Positions 1 to 8,519 are shown, numbered from the stretch's first letter. The stretch: DNA of 64,000 nucleotides from Nanobdellota archaeon (GCA_038045945.1 JBBSXC010000004.1:64001-128000), one strand, 5' to 3'. Made by a program: numbers and translations. Notes: generated by a model from the sequence alone, not told the origin.

Positions 1-185
1 TAGGAATGTTCAACATGTTACCATTCGGATTCCTTGACGGAGGAAGATTCTTCTATTTAACAGTATTAGGAATAACAAAATCGGAAAAGAAAGCAGAAAA
101 AGCTTTCAAAATAGCAACAAAAATAATTTTAGGATTATTCATAATACTAATGCTAGTATGGTTATTAGCATTTAAAATAAGATAA
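1..185 (+). CDS. Site-2 protease (M50 metallopeptidase), 3' fragment
   Basis: Manual translation GMFNMLPFGFLDGGRFFY...LAFKIR* contains the M50 NxLPxxxLDGG motif followed by a TM helix; truncated by window edge. Confidence 0.85.
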   Translation, partial: GMFNMLPFGFLDGGRFFYLTVLGITKSEKKAEKAFKIATKIILGLFIILMLVWLLAFKIR

Positions 186-358
186 AAAATATTTGCAAAA
201 AACACAAAAAATATTTCTCGACGATAAAAAAAACTTAAAAAAATGATTTTTTAGAAATTTTTCAAAAAAAGAAGAAAGTATTTAAAGAAAAAAATACTAA
301 TAATTATAATAAATTTCACAAGCAGTTGTGATAACCAAACAAAAAAAGAGGTAAAAAT

Positions 359-406
359 ATGGCAGCAAAGAAAAAAGCAGCAACTAAGAAAAAAAAGAGA
401 AGATAA
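359..406 (+). CDS. Putative 15-aa Lys/Arg-rich micropeptide MAAKKKAATKKKKRR
   Basis: GAGGT SD 6 nt before ATG, upstream TTTAAAG TATA-like box, T-rich tract after stop; not in ORF track. Confidence 0.6.
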   Translation: MAAKKKAATKKKKRR

Positions 407-514
407 TCTCTTTTTTCACTGATTTAAATTATTTTATTTAAGCCGCGAACTTTTTTTAATAATTTTTCAGAAAAAATTATTTCGTTAAACTTCTAAAACA
501 AAAAGAGGGAAAAA

Positions 515-589
515 ATGGCACAAAACAAAAAAAGAACAACAAACAAGAGACCACCAAGAGCTTACGTTAAGAAAAAGAAGAACAGATAA
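515..589 (+). CDS. Putative 24-aa basic micropeptide MAQNKKRTTNKRPPRAYVKKKKNR
   Basis: GAGGG SD before ATG, A/C-ending codons like highly expressed + strand genes, T-tract downstream. Confidence 0.55.
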   Translation: MAQNKKRTTNKRPPRAYVKKKKNR

Positions 590-668
590 AATTTCTTAAA
601 AAAACTAATTATTTTTTTATTTAATCCTAGAAATTTTTATAAAAATTAGCTTTTTACAAGTAGACCGT

Positions 669-1025
669 CTACAAGTAGACTATTCCTTCTTGAGTTAATA
701 CGGAGAACCTTATACCAACAGGCAAAGACAATAAAGCCGAGATTAATGCCATGTGCTCTTTCCCAGTACCAGAAGCTATTGACAACGCTACTTCTATTCC
801 ACCAATTTTTCCTTTAAGTTTACTCATTAGTGTTTCTTTCATCTCAACAAGCTTTTGCTCAGTATCTAGCCTTATGAACTCGTGAGGCGTCTCTGAACCC
901 GTAGTCAATTCTTCAGCTGAAGAGTCACCTATAAGTATTACTTTATCCCACTCACCTTTCTTTATTAGACCTGAGACTTGAGCCCAAGTACCTTTACCAG
1001 AGGATAATAGCGCTACTAATTCCAT
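669..1025 (-). CDS. Small stand-alone Rossmann/CARF-like protein (118 aa)
   Basis: Start revised to MELVALLSSGKG; strand-loop pattern LVALLSSG, KVILIGD and ALSIASGTGK..MAL resembles CARF motifs. Confidence 0.55.
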   Translation of the reverse strand: MELVALLSSGKGTWAQVSGLIKKGEWDKVILIGDSSAEELTTGSETPHEFIRLDTEQKLVEMKETLMSKLKGKIGGIEVALSIASGTGKEHMALISALLSLPVGIRFSVLTQEGIVYL

Positions 1026-1155
1026 GACTGACTTACACCAAAACCTCTTATAAGCTTTGAGATTCTCCAGTATACAGAATCTCAAGGCCCAAAAATCCAC
1101 AGGATTATGAAGCTTTTATATAGTATAATCATGATTATAATTTAGGTGATAAAAA

Positions 1156-1599
1156 ATGGCTCGTGACATCCCACTTAATGAAGTTATTCTTAGAAAGTAC
1201 GAAAAGCCTTACTCCGCCGATAAAAGAGAGATTGTTAAGAAGGTTTGTTTAAGCTTAGGATTATTACAACCAGGCGACTCTAGAGACATAATCATTGATA
1301 TTCTTTGGGTTCTCATTGATTCTCAAAAAGTTAAAGAAATGATTTCTAGTGATGAAATAAGGCTTCGCGTAGAAAAAATAAGAAAAGAGGGCGGTTTTGA
1401 GATGAAAGGTATTGCTGAGAGTAATATTCGCCGTCAACTTAAACGCCTTGCTGATTTAATGATTATTGACAAGTTAGAAAACACTTATCGCCTTAGCGAA
1501 TTCGAAACTTTAGAAACAATCTTTAACGACAAATTCGAAAAGTTCATAATTCCACAAACAATAGAGCGAATAAAAGAATACCTAAGAGCAGTAAACTAA
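1156..1599 (+). CDS. Winged-helix DNA-binding protein (hypothetical)
   Basis: GGTGA SD; IAESNIRRQLKRLADLMIIDK..NTYRL resembles a wHTH recognition helix plus wing. Confidence 0.6.
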   Translation: MARDIPLNEVILRKYEKPYSADKREIVKKVCLSLGLLQPGDSRDIIIDILWVLIDSQKVKEMISSDEIRLRVEKIRKEGGFEMKGIAESNIRRQLKRLADLMIIDKLENTYRLSEFETLETIFNDKFEKFIIPQTIERIKEYLRAVN

Positions 1600-2099
1600 T
1601 TAATCTTGTAATGATTCTGCACTACACCATCACCAATAACTTCTGAACTCAAAAGTTTCATATTAACCACTTTTTTACAACCAGAAAATAATTTTATACC
1701 ATCACCAAGTATTAACGGATGAAATGTTAAGAAAGCCTCATTAAGCAATCCACCATTAACGAAAGAGCCGCTTACAAGACCCCCACCAGCTAATAAAACG
1801 CTCTTAAAACCCTTACCATTTGCTATAGCTAAAGCCCCTTTAGGCGTATGAGCAATCAAAACGTTTGCTTCATCATAAGAAACAGGCTTACTGGTTAAAA
1901 CAATATTAATCACACCCTTTACTGGATAAATCTCTCCTCTATACTGATCAAAAGTTTTTCTTCCAACAATCACACAACCCGCATCTTTACACCTCTGAAC
2001 AAAGGATTTCTCAGTAATAGGTGAAACCCAATTAGAATCACCATCAACTTTAGCAACAAAACCGTCAGAAGAAACAGCCATGTCAAGAATAACCTTCAT
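1596..2099 (-). CDS. Dihydrofolate reductase/RibD C-terminal family protein
   Basis: AVSSDGFVA, GRKTF, LAGGG, HPLILGDGIKLF motifs. Confidence 0.88.
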   Translation of the reverse strand: MKVILDMAVSSDGFVAKVDGDSNWVSPITEKSFVQRCKDAGCVIVGRKTFDQYRGEIYPVKGVINIVLTSKPVSYDEANVLIAHTPKGALAIANGKGFKSVLLAGGGLVSGSFVNGGLLNEAFLTFHPLILGDGIKLFSGCKKVVNMKLLSSEVIGDGVVQNHYKIN

Positions 2100-2129
2100 A
2101 AACAATTAATTTTTCAGAACTATAAAAAC

Positions 2130-3218
2130 TTATTCAAACTTTACTCTTTTTCCGTATTCAGGGTTTAAATCAACAGCTCTCTTGAAAGCGAGTCCTGCTT
2201 CTGCTTTTCTATTAGAAGAATTAAGAGCTAAACCTAGATTAAAACAAAAATCGGCGTTTTTAGGATTAATCCTTATAGCTTTTCTCAAATAATCAATAGC
2301 TGCATCATAATCACCCATTCTAGCATAAACAATGCCTAAATGACCATAAACCATTTCGTGCTGACCTAAGCTTGAAGCCTCCAAAAGACACTTCTTAGCC
2401 TCATCAAAATTTTCTTTCTCTAAAAAAATAGTTCCTTTCTCAAGCCAGGCTAAAAGAAAGTTTTTGTTCATAACCAAGCATTGATCAAGCCAATCTAAGG
2501 CTTCATCACTCTTACCTAAACTATGAAGCTGGGAAGCTATTTGGTAACGTTGAAAAAAGTCTTTGGCGCGAAGATTATTCCTCTCCATATCAACATACAT
2601 TCTAGTTCTTTCATCATTATTCCTGGTAAGAGGACCGTAATGGTGAATAGGAATAGACGTTTCTTCAACTATACGACTCCTAAGTATGGATTTTTCAACA
2701 CTATCATGAACTGTTCCTTCAAAAAAGATTTTTTCCTCATTACGAAAAATTCTAACTATTCTTCTAGGAACAAAACCAGAAGCAACACTAGATTCAGAGT
2801 AAGAATCATCTTTTGTTGAAACAAGACCAAACTTACCAATATCGTTAGTATAGTTTCTCTGAATTAAAGAAAAACCACCAATATCTAAAGAAGCGTTATT
2901 TATCATGTCTAGAATTATTTTATGATCAGATTTTGATAAACTCTCATCAGCATCTAGATTAATCACCCATTTTCCCGCCGCCCACTTAAGAGCATAATTC
3001 TTAGCTTCAGAAAAGTTATCATTCCATTTATAATCAAAAACTTTGTAAGTATACTTATCAGCGATTTCCTTAGTCTTATCAGTAGAACCAGTATCAACAA
3101 CCACTATTTCATCAACAAGACCCGTAACGCTTGACAAACACTTATCTAAGTCTTTATCATTATTCTTAGTAATAACTATCAGTGAAAGCAATAAGTCTTT
3201 TTTATCATCCTTAACCAT
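2130..3218 (-). CDS. GT2 glycosyltransferase with C-terminal TPR repeats
   Basis: VVVDTGSTDKT, DADE, FEGTVHD, HHYG followed by TPR repeats. Confidence 0.9.
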   Translation of the reverse strand: MVKDDKKDLLLSLIVITKNNDKDLDKCLSSVTGLVDEIVVVDTGSTDKTKEIADKYTYKVFDYKWNDNFSEAKNYALKWAAGKWVINLDADESLSKSDHKIILDMINNASLDIGGFSLIQRNYTNDIGKFGLVSTKDDSYSESSVASGFVPRRIVRIFRNEEKIFFEGTVHDSVEKSILRSRIVEETSIPIHHYGPLTRNNDERTRMYVDMERNNLRAKDFFQRYQIASQLHSLGKSDEALDWLDQCLVMNKNFLLAWLEKGTIFLEKENFDEAKKCLLEASSLGQHEMVYGHLGIVYARMGDYDAAIDYLRKAIRINPKNADFCFNLGLALNSSNRKAEAGLAFKRAVDLNPEYGKRVKFE

Positions 3219-3287
3219 TAATAATCTTTCATAGTAAGGTTTAAAGATATTTTCATATCTTGAGACTTTTTGTTAAGAAACACAACC

Positions 3288-3300
3288 AAAGGTTTATAAA
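3288..3300 (+). promoter_or_regulatory. BRE/TATA promoter of the L1-L10-L12 operon
   Basis: AAAGGTTTATAAA, identical to the element upstream of secY (39978-39990). Confidence 0.7.
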
Positions 3301-3401
3301 TAGTTTTTCTTTCGCTAAAATAAGAAACATACTACATAGTTGTGAGGCATTAGTTCTTGCCTTTAGCAGCTTCCTGTAGAAGTTTTACAAGGAAAAACAC
3401 A

Positions 3402-4031
3402 ATGGAAATAAAAGAAGAAATACTCAAATCACTGAAAAGTTTAAGGTCACAAGAGAAGAGAGGATTTGACCAAACAGTAGACCTAATTATTAATCTAAAA
3501 AAGTTCGACGTCAAAAAAGAAAACGTTAATCTTAACATATCACTACCACACAAATTTAAGGATTACAAAATTGGAGCATTCTTAGAAAACAAAAGCGGAG
3601 TAATAGACACAATCAAGAGAGACGAACTAAAAAAGATGACAGATAAGAAAATTATAAAAAACACTCTGAAAAAGTATGATTATTTCATATCACAAGCAAG
3701 CATAATGCCAGAGTTAGCTAAAACATTAGGTAAGTACTTAGGACCATCAGGAAAAATGCCAGTACCAGGAAGAGGAGTAGTGCTTCAAGATGATGAAAAC
3801 AGCATTAAGAAAGAACTTGCAAAATTCCAAGGATCATTAAGAATTAAGACTAAAGAACCAAGCATCAAAGTAACAGTAGGTAAAGAAAGCATGAATGATG
3901 AACAACTAGCTGAAAACATCGAAGTAGTATACAAAGCAGTATTCGCAGCATTAACTAAAGGTAAAGAAAACCTTAGAAGCGTGCTAATAAAATTCAGTAT
4001 GAGTAAACCGGTAAAAGCACTAATAATATAA
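3402..4031 (+). CDS. rpl1: 50S ribosomal protein uL1
   Basis: RGFDQTVDLIINLK, LGKYLGPSGKMP, IKFSMSKP; start revised to ATG 3402. Confidence 0.95.
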   Translation: MEIKEEILKSLKSLRSQEKRGFDQTVDLIINLKKFDVKKENVNLNISLPHKFKDYKIGAFLENKSGVIDTIKRDELKKMTDKKIIKNTLKKYDYFISQASIMPELAKTLGKYLGPSGKMPVPGRGVVLQDDENSIKKELAKFQGSLRIKTKEPSIKVTVGKESMNDEQLAENIEVVYKAVFAALTKGKENLRSVLIKFSMSKPVKALII

Positions 4032-4036
4032 AAAAA

Positions 4037-4828
4037 ATGGCAACTAAGAGAGAAACACCAATACCTGAAATAAAGAAAAGAACAGTTAAAGAATTAGTAA
4101 AAACTTTCAAAGAAAGCCCAACATTTCTAATAGCATCAATAAGAAATTTGCCAGGAGGACAATTCCAAGCAATAAAACAAAAACTTAGAGGAACAGCAAC
4201 AGTTAAAGTTTTGAAGAAAAGCCTAGTAATAAGAGCTATTGAAGAATTTGGAGGAAACCTTAAAGAAATAGCACCATTCGTTAAAGAAGACTGCGCACTT
4301 CTAATGTCAGACGTTGACCCTTTCGAATTATCATTATTCTTATCTAAAAACCAAAGTGCTGCTAAAGCAAAGATAGGACAAGCTGTACCTGAAGACATAA
4401 GAATAGAACCAGGACCAACAGATCTAGTACCAGGACCTGTAATCAGCGAACTAGGAGCATTAGGAATACCAATACAAATAAAAGAAGGTAAGATAGAAAT
4501 CAAAGAAGCAAAGGTCATTCTTAAAACAGGAGATAAAGTAACAGCAGCAGCTGACGCAATAATGGGAAAACTAGGAATAATGCCATTTAGAGTCGGCTTC
4601 GAACCCTTAGCTGCTTACGACTCAAAAACAGGAAAAGTTTACTCAAGCATAAGAATAAACAGCGAAGAAGCATTAGAACAACTTAAAGATGCTAACTCAA
4701 GAGCACTAGCAATAGCAGTAAAATTCGCATACCCTACAAAAGAAACAATACCTTTCATACTAGCAAAAGCAAACAGTCAAGAAAAAGCTTTAGCTAAACT
4801 AATTAAATCAGACAATCAACAAAATTAA
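4037..4828 (+). CDS. rpl10: 50S ribosomal protein uL10 (P0), short form
   Basis: GPTDLVPGPVISELGALGIP..IKEGKIEI insertion domain; operon position. Confidence 0.95.
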   Translation: MATKRETPIPEIKKRTVKELVKTFKESPTFLIASIRNLPGGQFQAIKQKLRGTATVKVLKKSLVIRAIEEFGGNLKEIAPFVKEDCALLMSDVDPFELSLFLSKNQSAAKAKIGQAVPEDIRIEPGPTDLVPGPVISELGALGIPIQIKEGKIEIKEAKVILKTGDKVTAAADAIMGKLGIMPFRVGFEPLAAYDSKTGKVYSSIRINSEEALEQLKDANSRALAIAVKFAYPTKETIPFILAKANSQEKALAKLIKSDNQQN

Positions 4829-4848
4829 TACAGGAGGATAAAAAAAAT

Positions 4849-5139
4849 ATGGAGTACGTTTACGGAGCATTATTATTGCATAAGCTAGGTAAACCAGTTG
4901 ACGCAGAACACCTAACAAAAGTTGTTCACGCAACAGGAGTAAGTGTTGACGACGCTAAAGTTAAAACTTTAGTTGCAAGCCTTAAAGAAGTTAACATCGA
5001 ACAAGAACTAGCAAACGCAAGCTTAGCAGTGGCAGCACCAGCAAACGCAGGAGCAGCACACGCACCAAAGGCAGAAGAGAAGAAGGAAGAGAAGAAGAAG
5101 GAAGAAGCTGCCGAAGGATTAAGCGCATTATTTGGATAA
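4849..5139 (+). CDS. rpl12: 50S ribosomal stalk protein P1/aL12
   Basis: MEYVYGALLLH...EEAAEGLSALFG. Confidence 0.97.
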   Translation: MEYVYGALLLHKLGKPVDAEHLTKVVHATGVSVDDAKVKTLVASLKEVNIEQELANASLAVAAPANAGAAHAPKAEEKKEEKKKEEAAEGLSALFG

Positions 5140-5170
5140 TTTTTTATTTTAATTTTTCATTTGTGTTTTG
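5139..5170 (+). terminator. Oligo-T archaeal terminator after the L1 operon
   Basis: TTTTTTATTTTAATTTTT immediately after the rpl12 stop. Confidence 0.5.
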
Positions 5171-5273
5171 ATTAGCATTAATGAAAAGCGCTTAACCTTA
5201 GATAATCATAGAAAGAAACCTTTAAGGAAAAACAATAGTAAGAACGAGAAAGAATAATTCTAAAAAAAAGTTT

Positions 5274-5744
5274 TTAAGGAACAATAAGTCTTTTACCTGA
5301 TTCAACTATCTTTTCATAAACTAATTGATTAACATCCATTTCCCAGAGTAACCTTTTTTCACAAAGAAATTTTTCCCTATCAACACCAAGCCCAAAAACA
5401 TCATTCATCCCAAGAAGAAGACCACTAGACCTGTTTTTACCCCTCATACAATGAACAAGTAGCGCCTGAACAGTTTTATGATAAGGAATAAAATCGGAAA
5501 CAACTCTATTAGCAGTTTCTTCATCAATAGCCTTACCCTCACCAGGCCTTAGACCAGTAAAGACACCTTTATCAATATCATCAAAAACGTACTCATTAAC
5601 AGCAACCCATAATCCAGACTCTTGAAGTTTAAACTTTTCATAATCCCAGTTCATACGACCATAACCGTTAATCCTAATAGCATAAGTTGGAACTGTAGGA
5701 ACAAAATCCATAGCGTCATCAAGACTAAGCATATGGATATCCAT
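5274..5744 (-). CDS. Cys-based protein tyrosine/dual-specificity phosphatase-like protein
   Basis: LVHCMRGKNRS = HCx5RS P-loop; upstream FDD acid loop. Confidence 0.8.
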   Translation of the reverse strand: MDIHMLSLDDAMDFVPTVPTYAIRINGYGRMNWDYEKFKLQESGLWVAVNEYVFDDIDKGVFTGLRPGEGKAIDEETANRVVSDFIPYHKTVQALLVHCMRGKNRSSGLLLGMNDVFGLGVDREKFLCEKRLLWEMDVNQLVYEKIVESGKRLIVP

Positions 5745-5799
5745 AAAATATTAAATGACAGTATTCTTTAAAAAGAAAGTTATGATCAGATAGATATAA

Positions 5800-5880
5800 G
5801 CCTTCGTGGCGCAATGGTACCGCGACGGTCTCGAAAACCGTGCCCGCAAGGGCTTCCAGGTTCGATTCCTGGCGAAGGCG
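5800..5880 (+). tRNA. tRNA-Ser (CGA)
   Basis: Acceptor GCCTTCG/CGAAGGC, anticodon arm ACGGT-CTCGAAA-ACCGT, long variable arm GCCC-GCAA-GGGC, T arm CCAGG-TTCGATT-CCTGG; no encoded CCA. Confidence 0.95.
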
Positions 5881-5891
5881 TAAAATTAATC

Positions 5892-6302
5892 ATGAAAATA
5901 AAACTTTATCATGTAGCAGCATTGTTTGTGATAATAATCATACTGCAGGTATCAGGGGAATATGCGGGATTATTAGACCCATCAAGAAACATAATATGGT
6001 ATGATAATGTAATGCACGCATTAGCAGGGGTGCTTAGCGGAATATTTGTGATGTGGGCTGTAGAGAAAGAATCAATAAAAATAAGCAAGAAAAGATTAGG
6101 AATATACATAGTAATAGTAGCATTTCTAATGGCTGTGTTCTGGGAATTATTTGAACTAGCAATATTCAAAATGCTAAAAGATTACGCTATAAGTTATAAC
6201 TACTCAACAACCCTAGCAGAAGCAATACTTGATTCATTATCAAACACTATTGGAGCAAGCATACTAGCAATAATAAACTATTATATTTTTAAGAAGAATT
6301 AG
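5892..6302 (+). CDS. Membrane protein, DUF2238/YjdF/VanZ-like
   Basis: WYDNVMH, AVFWELFE, DSLSNTIGA motifs in 4 TM helices; start revised to exclude the tRNA. Confidence 0.7.
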   Translation: MKIKLYHVAALFVIIIILQVSGEYAGLLDPSRNIIWYDNVMHALAGVLSGIFVMWAVEKESIKISKKRLGIYIVIVAFLMAVFWELFELAIFKMLKDYAISYNYSTTLAEAILDSLSNTIGASILAIINYYIFKKN

Positions 6303-6343
6303 GTTAACTTATAAAAGTACTTAAAGTATTGATAAATAATACG

Positions 6344-7156
6344 ATGATGAATTCTAGAAAACTCGTACATTTCTTTGGGCTTAAAAGGAGTGGAAACCAT
6401 GCAATAACAAACTGGATTATTAAAAATGTAGAAGCCGATAACTCTGGTGTTTCTTACTTTAATAATGTTATAGACCCGTTTTCTAATGATGGGAAAATTC
6501 TAAAACGACCCTTTAAAAAAATTAAAGATATAATTGACAACCAAAAAGGCGGACCAAAACAATTAACAATAATAACTTATGAAGATTACAGCCTTAAAAA
6601 TATCAAAACCGCAATTACGATAAAAAATCAAAGAAAAATAATGAAAAAAGGAGTCATTTCAAACATTCTCCTCATAAGAGACCCCTTTAACACATTTGCA
6701 AGTCGTATGAAAAGGATTGAAAATCTAGATAAAGAAGGATTAAAAAGACCTATTCAAAACGTAGAATGGCCAAAAGTAATAAGTTTATGGAAACAGTATG
6801 CTAAAGAATACTTAGGAATAACTAATTATTTAGAAAGAAAAATAATTGTTAATTACAATAATTGGACTAGTGATAAATCTTACAGAGATAAAAAATTGAA
6901 GGAGATAGGGCATAAAAACATGGATTTAGGAATAGAAACAGTACCAAACCAAGGCCATGGAAGCTCATTTGACCTATTGAGTAAAGATGGAAATGCATCA
7001 TCAATGAAAGTTTTAGAAAGGTGGGAAGAATTCAAGAATATAAAAAAATATAGAGACTTGTTTAGAGATAAAGAAATAAAAACTTTATCAGAAAAGATAT
7101 TTGGGCAGATTAAAGGAACAGAAGAAATTTTTAGTTCAAACCGAAAGAATCAGTAA
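6344..7156 (+). CDS. Sulfotransferase-fold protein
   Basis: FFGLKRSGNHA (5'-PSB-like loop) and LLIRDPFNTFAS (3'-PB motif). Confidence 0.65.
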   Translation: MMNSRKLVHFFGLKRSGNHAITNWIIKNVEADNSGVSYFNNVIDPFSNDGKILKRPFKKIKDIIDNQKGGPKQLTIITYEDYSLKNIKTAITIKNQRKIMKKGVISNILLIRDPFNTFASRMKRIENLDKEGLKRPIQNVEWPKVISLWKQYAKEYLGITNYLERKIIVNYNNWTSDKSYRDKKLKEIGHKNMDLGIETVPNQGHGSSFDLLSKDGNASSMKVLERWEEFKNIKKYRDLFRDKEIKTLSEKIFGQIKGTEEIFSSNRKNQ

Positions 7157-7173
7157 AAGAAGCTTAACTAGCG

Positions 7174-7455
7174 TTAGTTCAGTCCAAAACTATCAGTAAA
7201 CTCCATTACTAGCTTATACTTAGACAAATACTCATCACCCTTACGAGTTATCTCATAAGTACGAGTCTTACCATCAGGAAGATTAATTTGCTTAATGAAA
7301 CCCTTACTAATAAGCTCCTCTAAATAATCAGACATCATACTATAAGAAAGATTAGACTTATACAAGATATGAGTAGGTTTAATACGACCACTCTTAAGTT
7401 TGATTAATTGCAAAATGTCACGAATAATTTCCAGCTTACTTCTTTTCTTGGCCAC
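7174..7455 (-). CDS. Winged-helix transcriptional regulator (HTH_45-like)
   Basis: RSKLEIIRDIL, THILYKSNLSY, YEITRKG. Confidence 0.88.
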   Translation of the reverse strand: MAKKRSKLEIIRDILQLIKLKSGRIKPTHILYKSNLSYSMMSDYLEELISKGFIKQINLPDGKTRTYEITRKGDEYLSKYKLVMEFTDSFGLN

Positions 7456-8110
7456 TTTTCAACACCGTTAAAAGATTTATTAGGAGAACACCATAACCTA
7501 AAAGTTCTACACTATGACCAATCATATAATGTAAATAACTATCAGCACTGAAGAATAATTCTAATCTGCCAATAAGAATTAGAAGGAAAGAAATGAATGT
7601 TAATAACCTTCTAACATTCCTTCTTCTGAAGTATTCTAAGTAGTAATGAACAAGCATCATAAAGACTAAAAATATTGAAACATAATAAAAAGCCACGGCT
7701 TTATTAGCACTCAAATAAACCGTTAGCAAGCTTAAACCGATAAGTAAAACATAATTTCTTAAGCCCTTAGACTTAAAGGTAGCATAATTAAGAGTGACCC
7801 AACCAATGATTAACAAAACAAAGTAAGAAACAAGAAGAGTGGCACCAAGAGTTTGAATACGAGAAACCTTCAAAGCAGAAATACCACCACCAGCCCCTGT
7901 AAGCATAACTAAATTAAGAATGGACCATAAAAGGTAAGAAATAGCAATAGATAAGAAACCAAGACTGAAAAACTTAACTTCTCTCTCATTACTAATTTTG
8001 TAAACCTTCCAAGAGATGAAAGCGATACCAAAAGAAACAAGAGTAATGATAAGCTCCATAAGAATTGAGATATTAATAAACCACTCCGGGATAAGGTACA
8101 GTTGAACCAT
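7436..8110 (-). CDS. 7-TM membrane protein (sensor-like)
   Basis: About 7 hydrophobic helices; overlaps the downstream wHTH gene by 20 nt. Confidence 0.7.
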   Translation of the reverse strand: MVQLYLIPEWFINISILMELIITLVSFGIAFISWKVYKISNEREVKFFSLGFLSIAISYLLWSILNLVMLTGAGGGISALKVSRIQTLGATLLVSYFVLLIIGWVTLNYATFKSKGLRNYVLLIGLSLLTVYLSANKAVAFYYVSIFLVFMMLVHYYLEYFRRRNVRRLLTFISFLLILIGRLELFFSADSYLHYMIGHSVELLGYGVLLINLLTVLKSGQEKK

Positions 8111-8284
8111 CAAATAAGAGTTAAGAACTAATATTTAAGCATTATGTAAGAACCATCTAGAAATAGAATCACTATTATTCTTTAATAATCGCTTTAAAAA
8201 GGAAAACCTTAACCATTTTAGGAAAAAGAACAAGAGGCGAACAATATGCACAAACAAACAACATAAAAAAAAGATTGTGAGAAA

Positions 8285-8389
8285 GAAAACATCACAAATC
8301 ATACTCAACATAACCCTTTTCACAGATCACGCTCAGGGGGGCAGAATATCGCCCCCTTCGTGTTTTGTAGGAAAACATCACAAATCATA
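8285..8389. repeat. 19-bp exact direct repeat GAAAACATCACAAATCATA (8285-8303, 8371-8389)
   Basis: Two identical copies flanking a GGGGGC/GCCCCC hairpin. Confidence 0.85.
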
Positions 8390-8519
8390 ATAAATCCAGG
8401 ATTACCCGGATTTAAAAAATCAACACCACCTTTTCCCCACCAAACCCCTCGAAAGAGGGGAGGACGGGGTTTTACAGCAGAAAAAATAGGCTTAAAAACT
8501 TCTAACAACTAACACTTTA

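Noticed and set aside
5814-5891. ORF start inside tRNA-Ser(CGA)
   Set aside because: Translation of tRNA sequence; ATG 5892 is the plausible start
8285-8389. CRISPR mini-array
   Set aside because: Only two 19-bp copies with a 67-nt spacer and no cas genes in the window
8200-8495. RNase P RNA or SRP RNA identity for the structured region (CAGAA...GGCTTA near 8478-8494 resembles RNase P CR-V)
   Set aside because: No convincing GAGGAAAGUCC CR-I or P4 pairing and no SRP helix-8 motif; kept only as an unidentified element
8135-8508. Two 62-aa - strand ORFs in the structured region
   Set aside because: No SD or promoter support and low-complexity translations dictated by the repeats and hairpins
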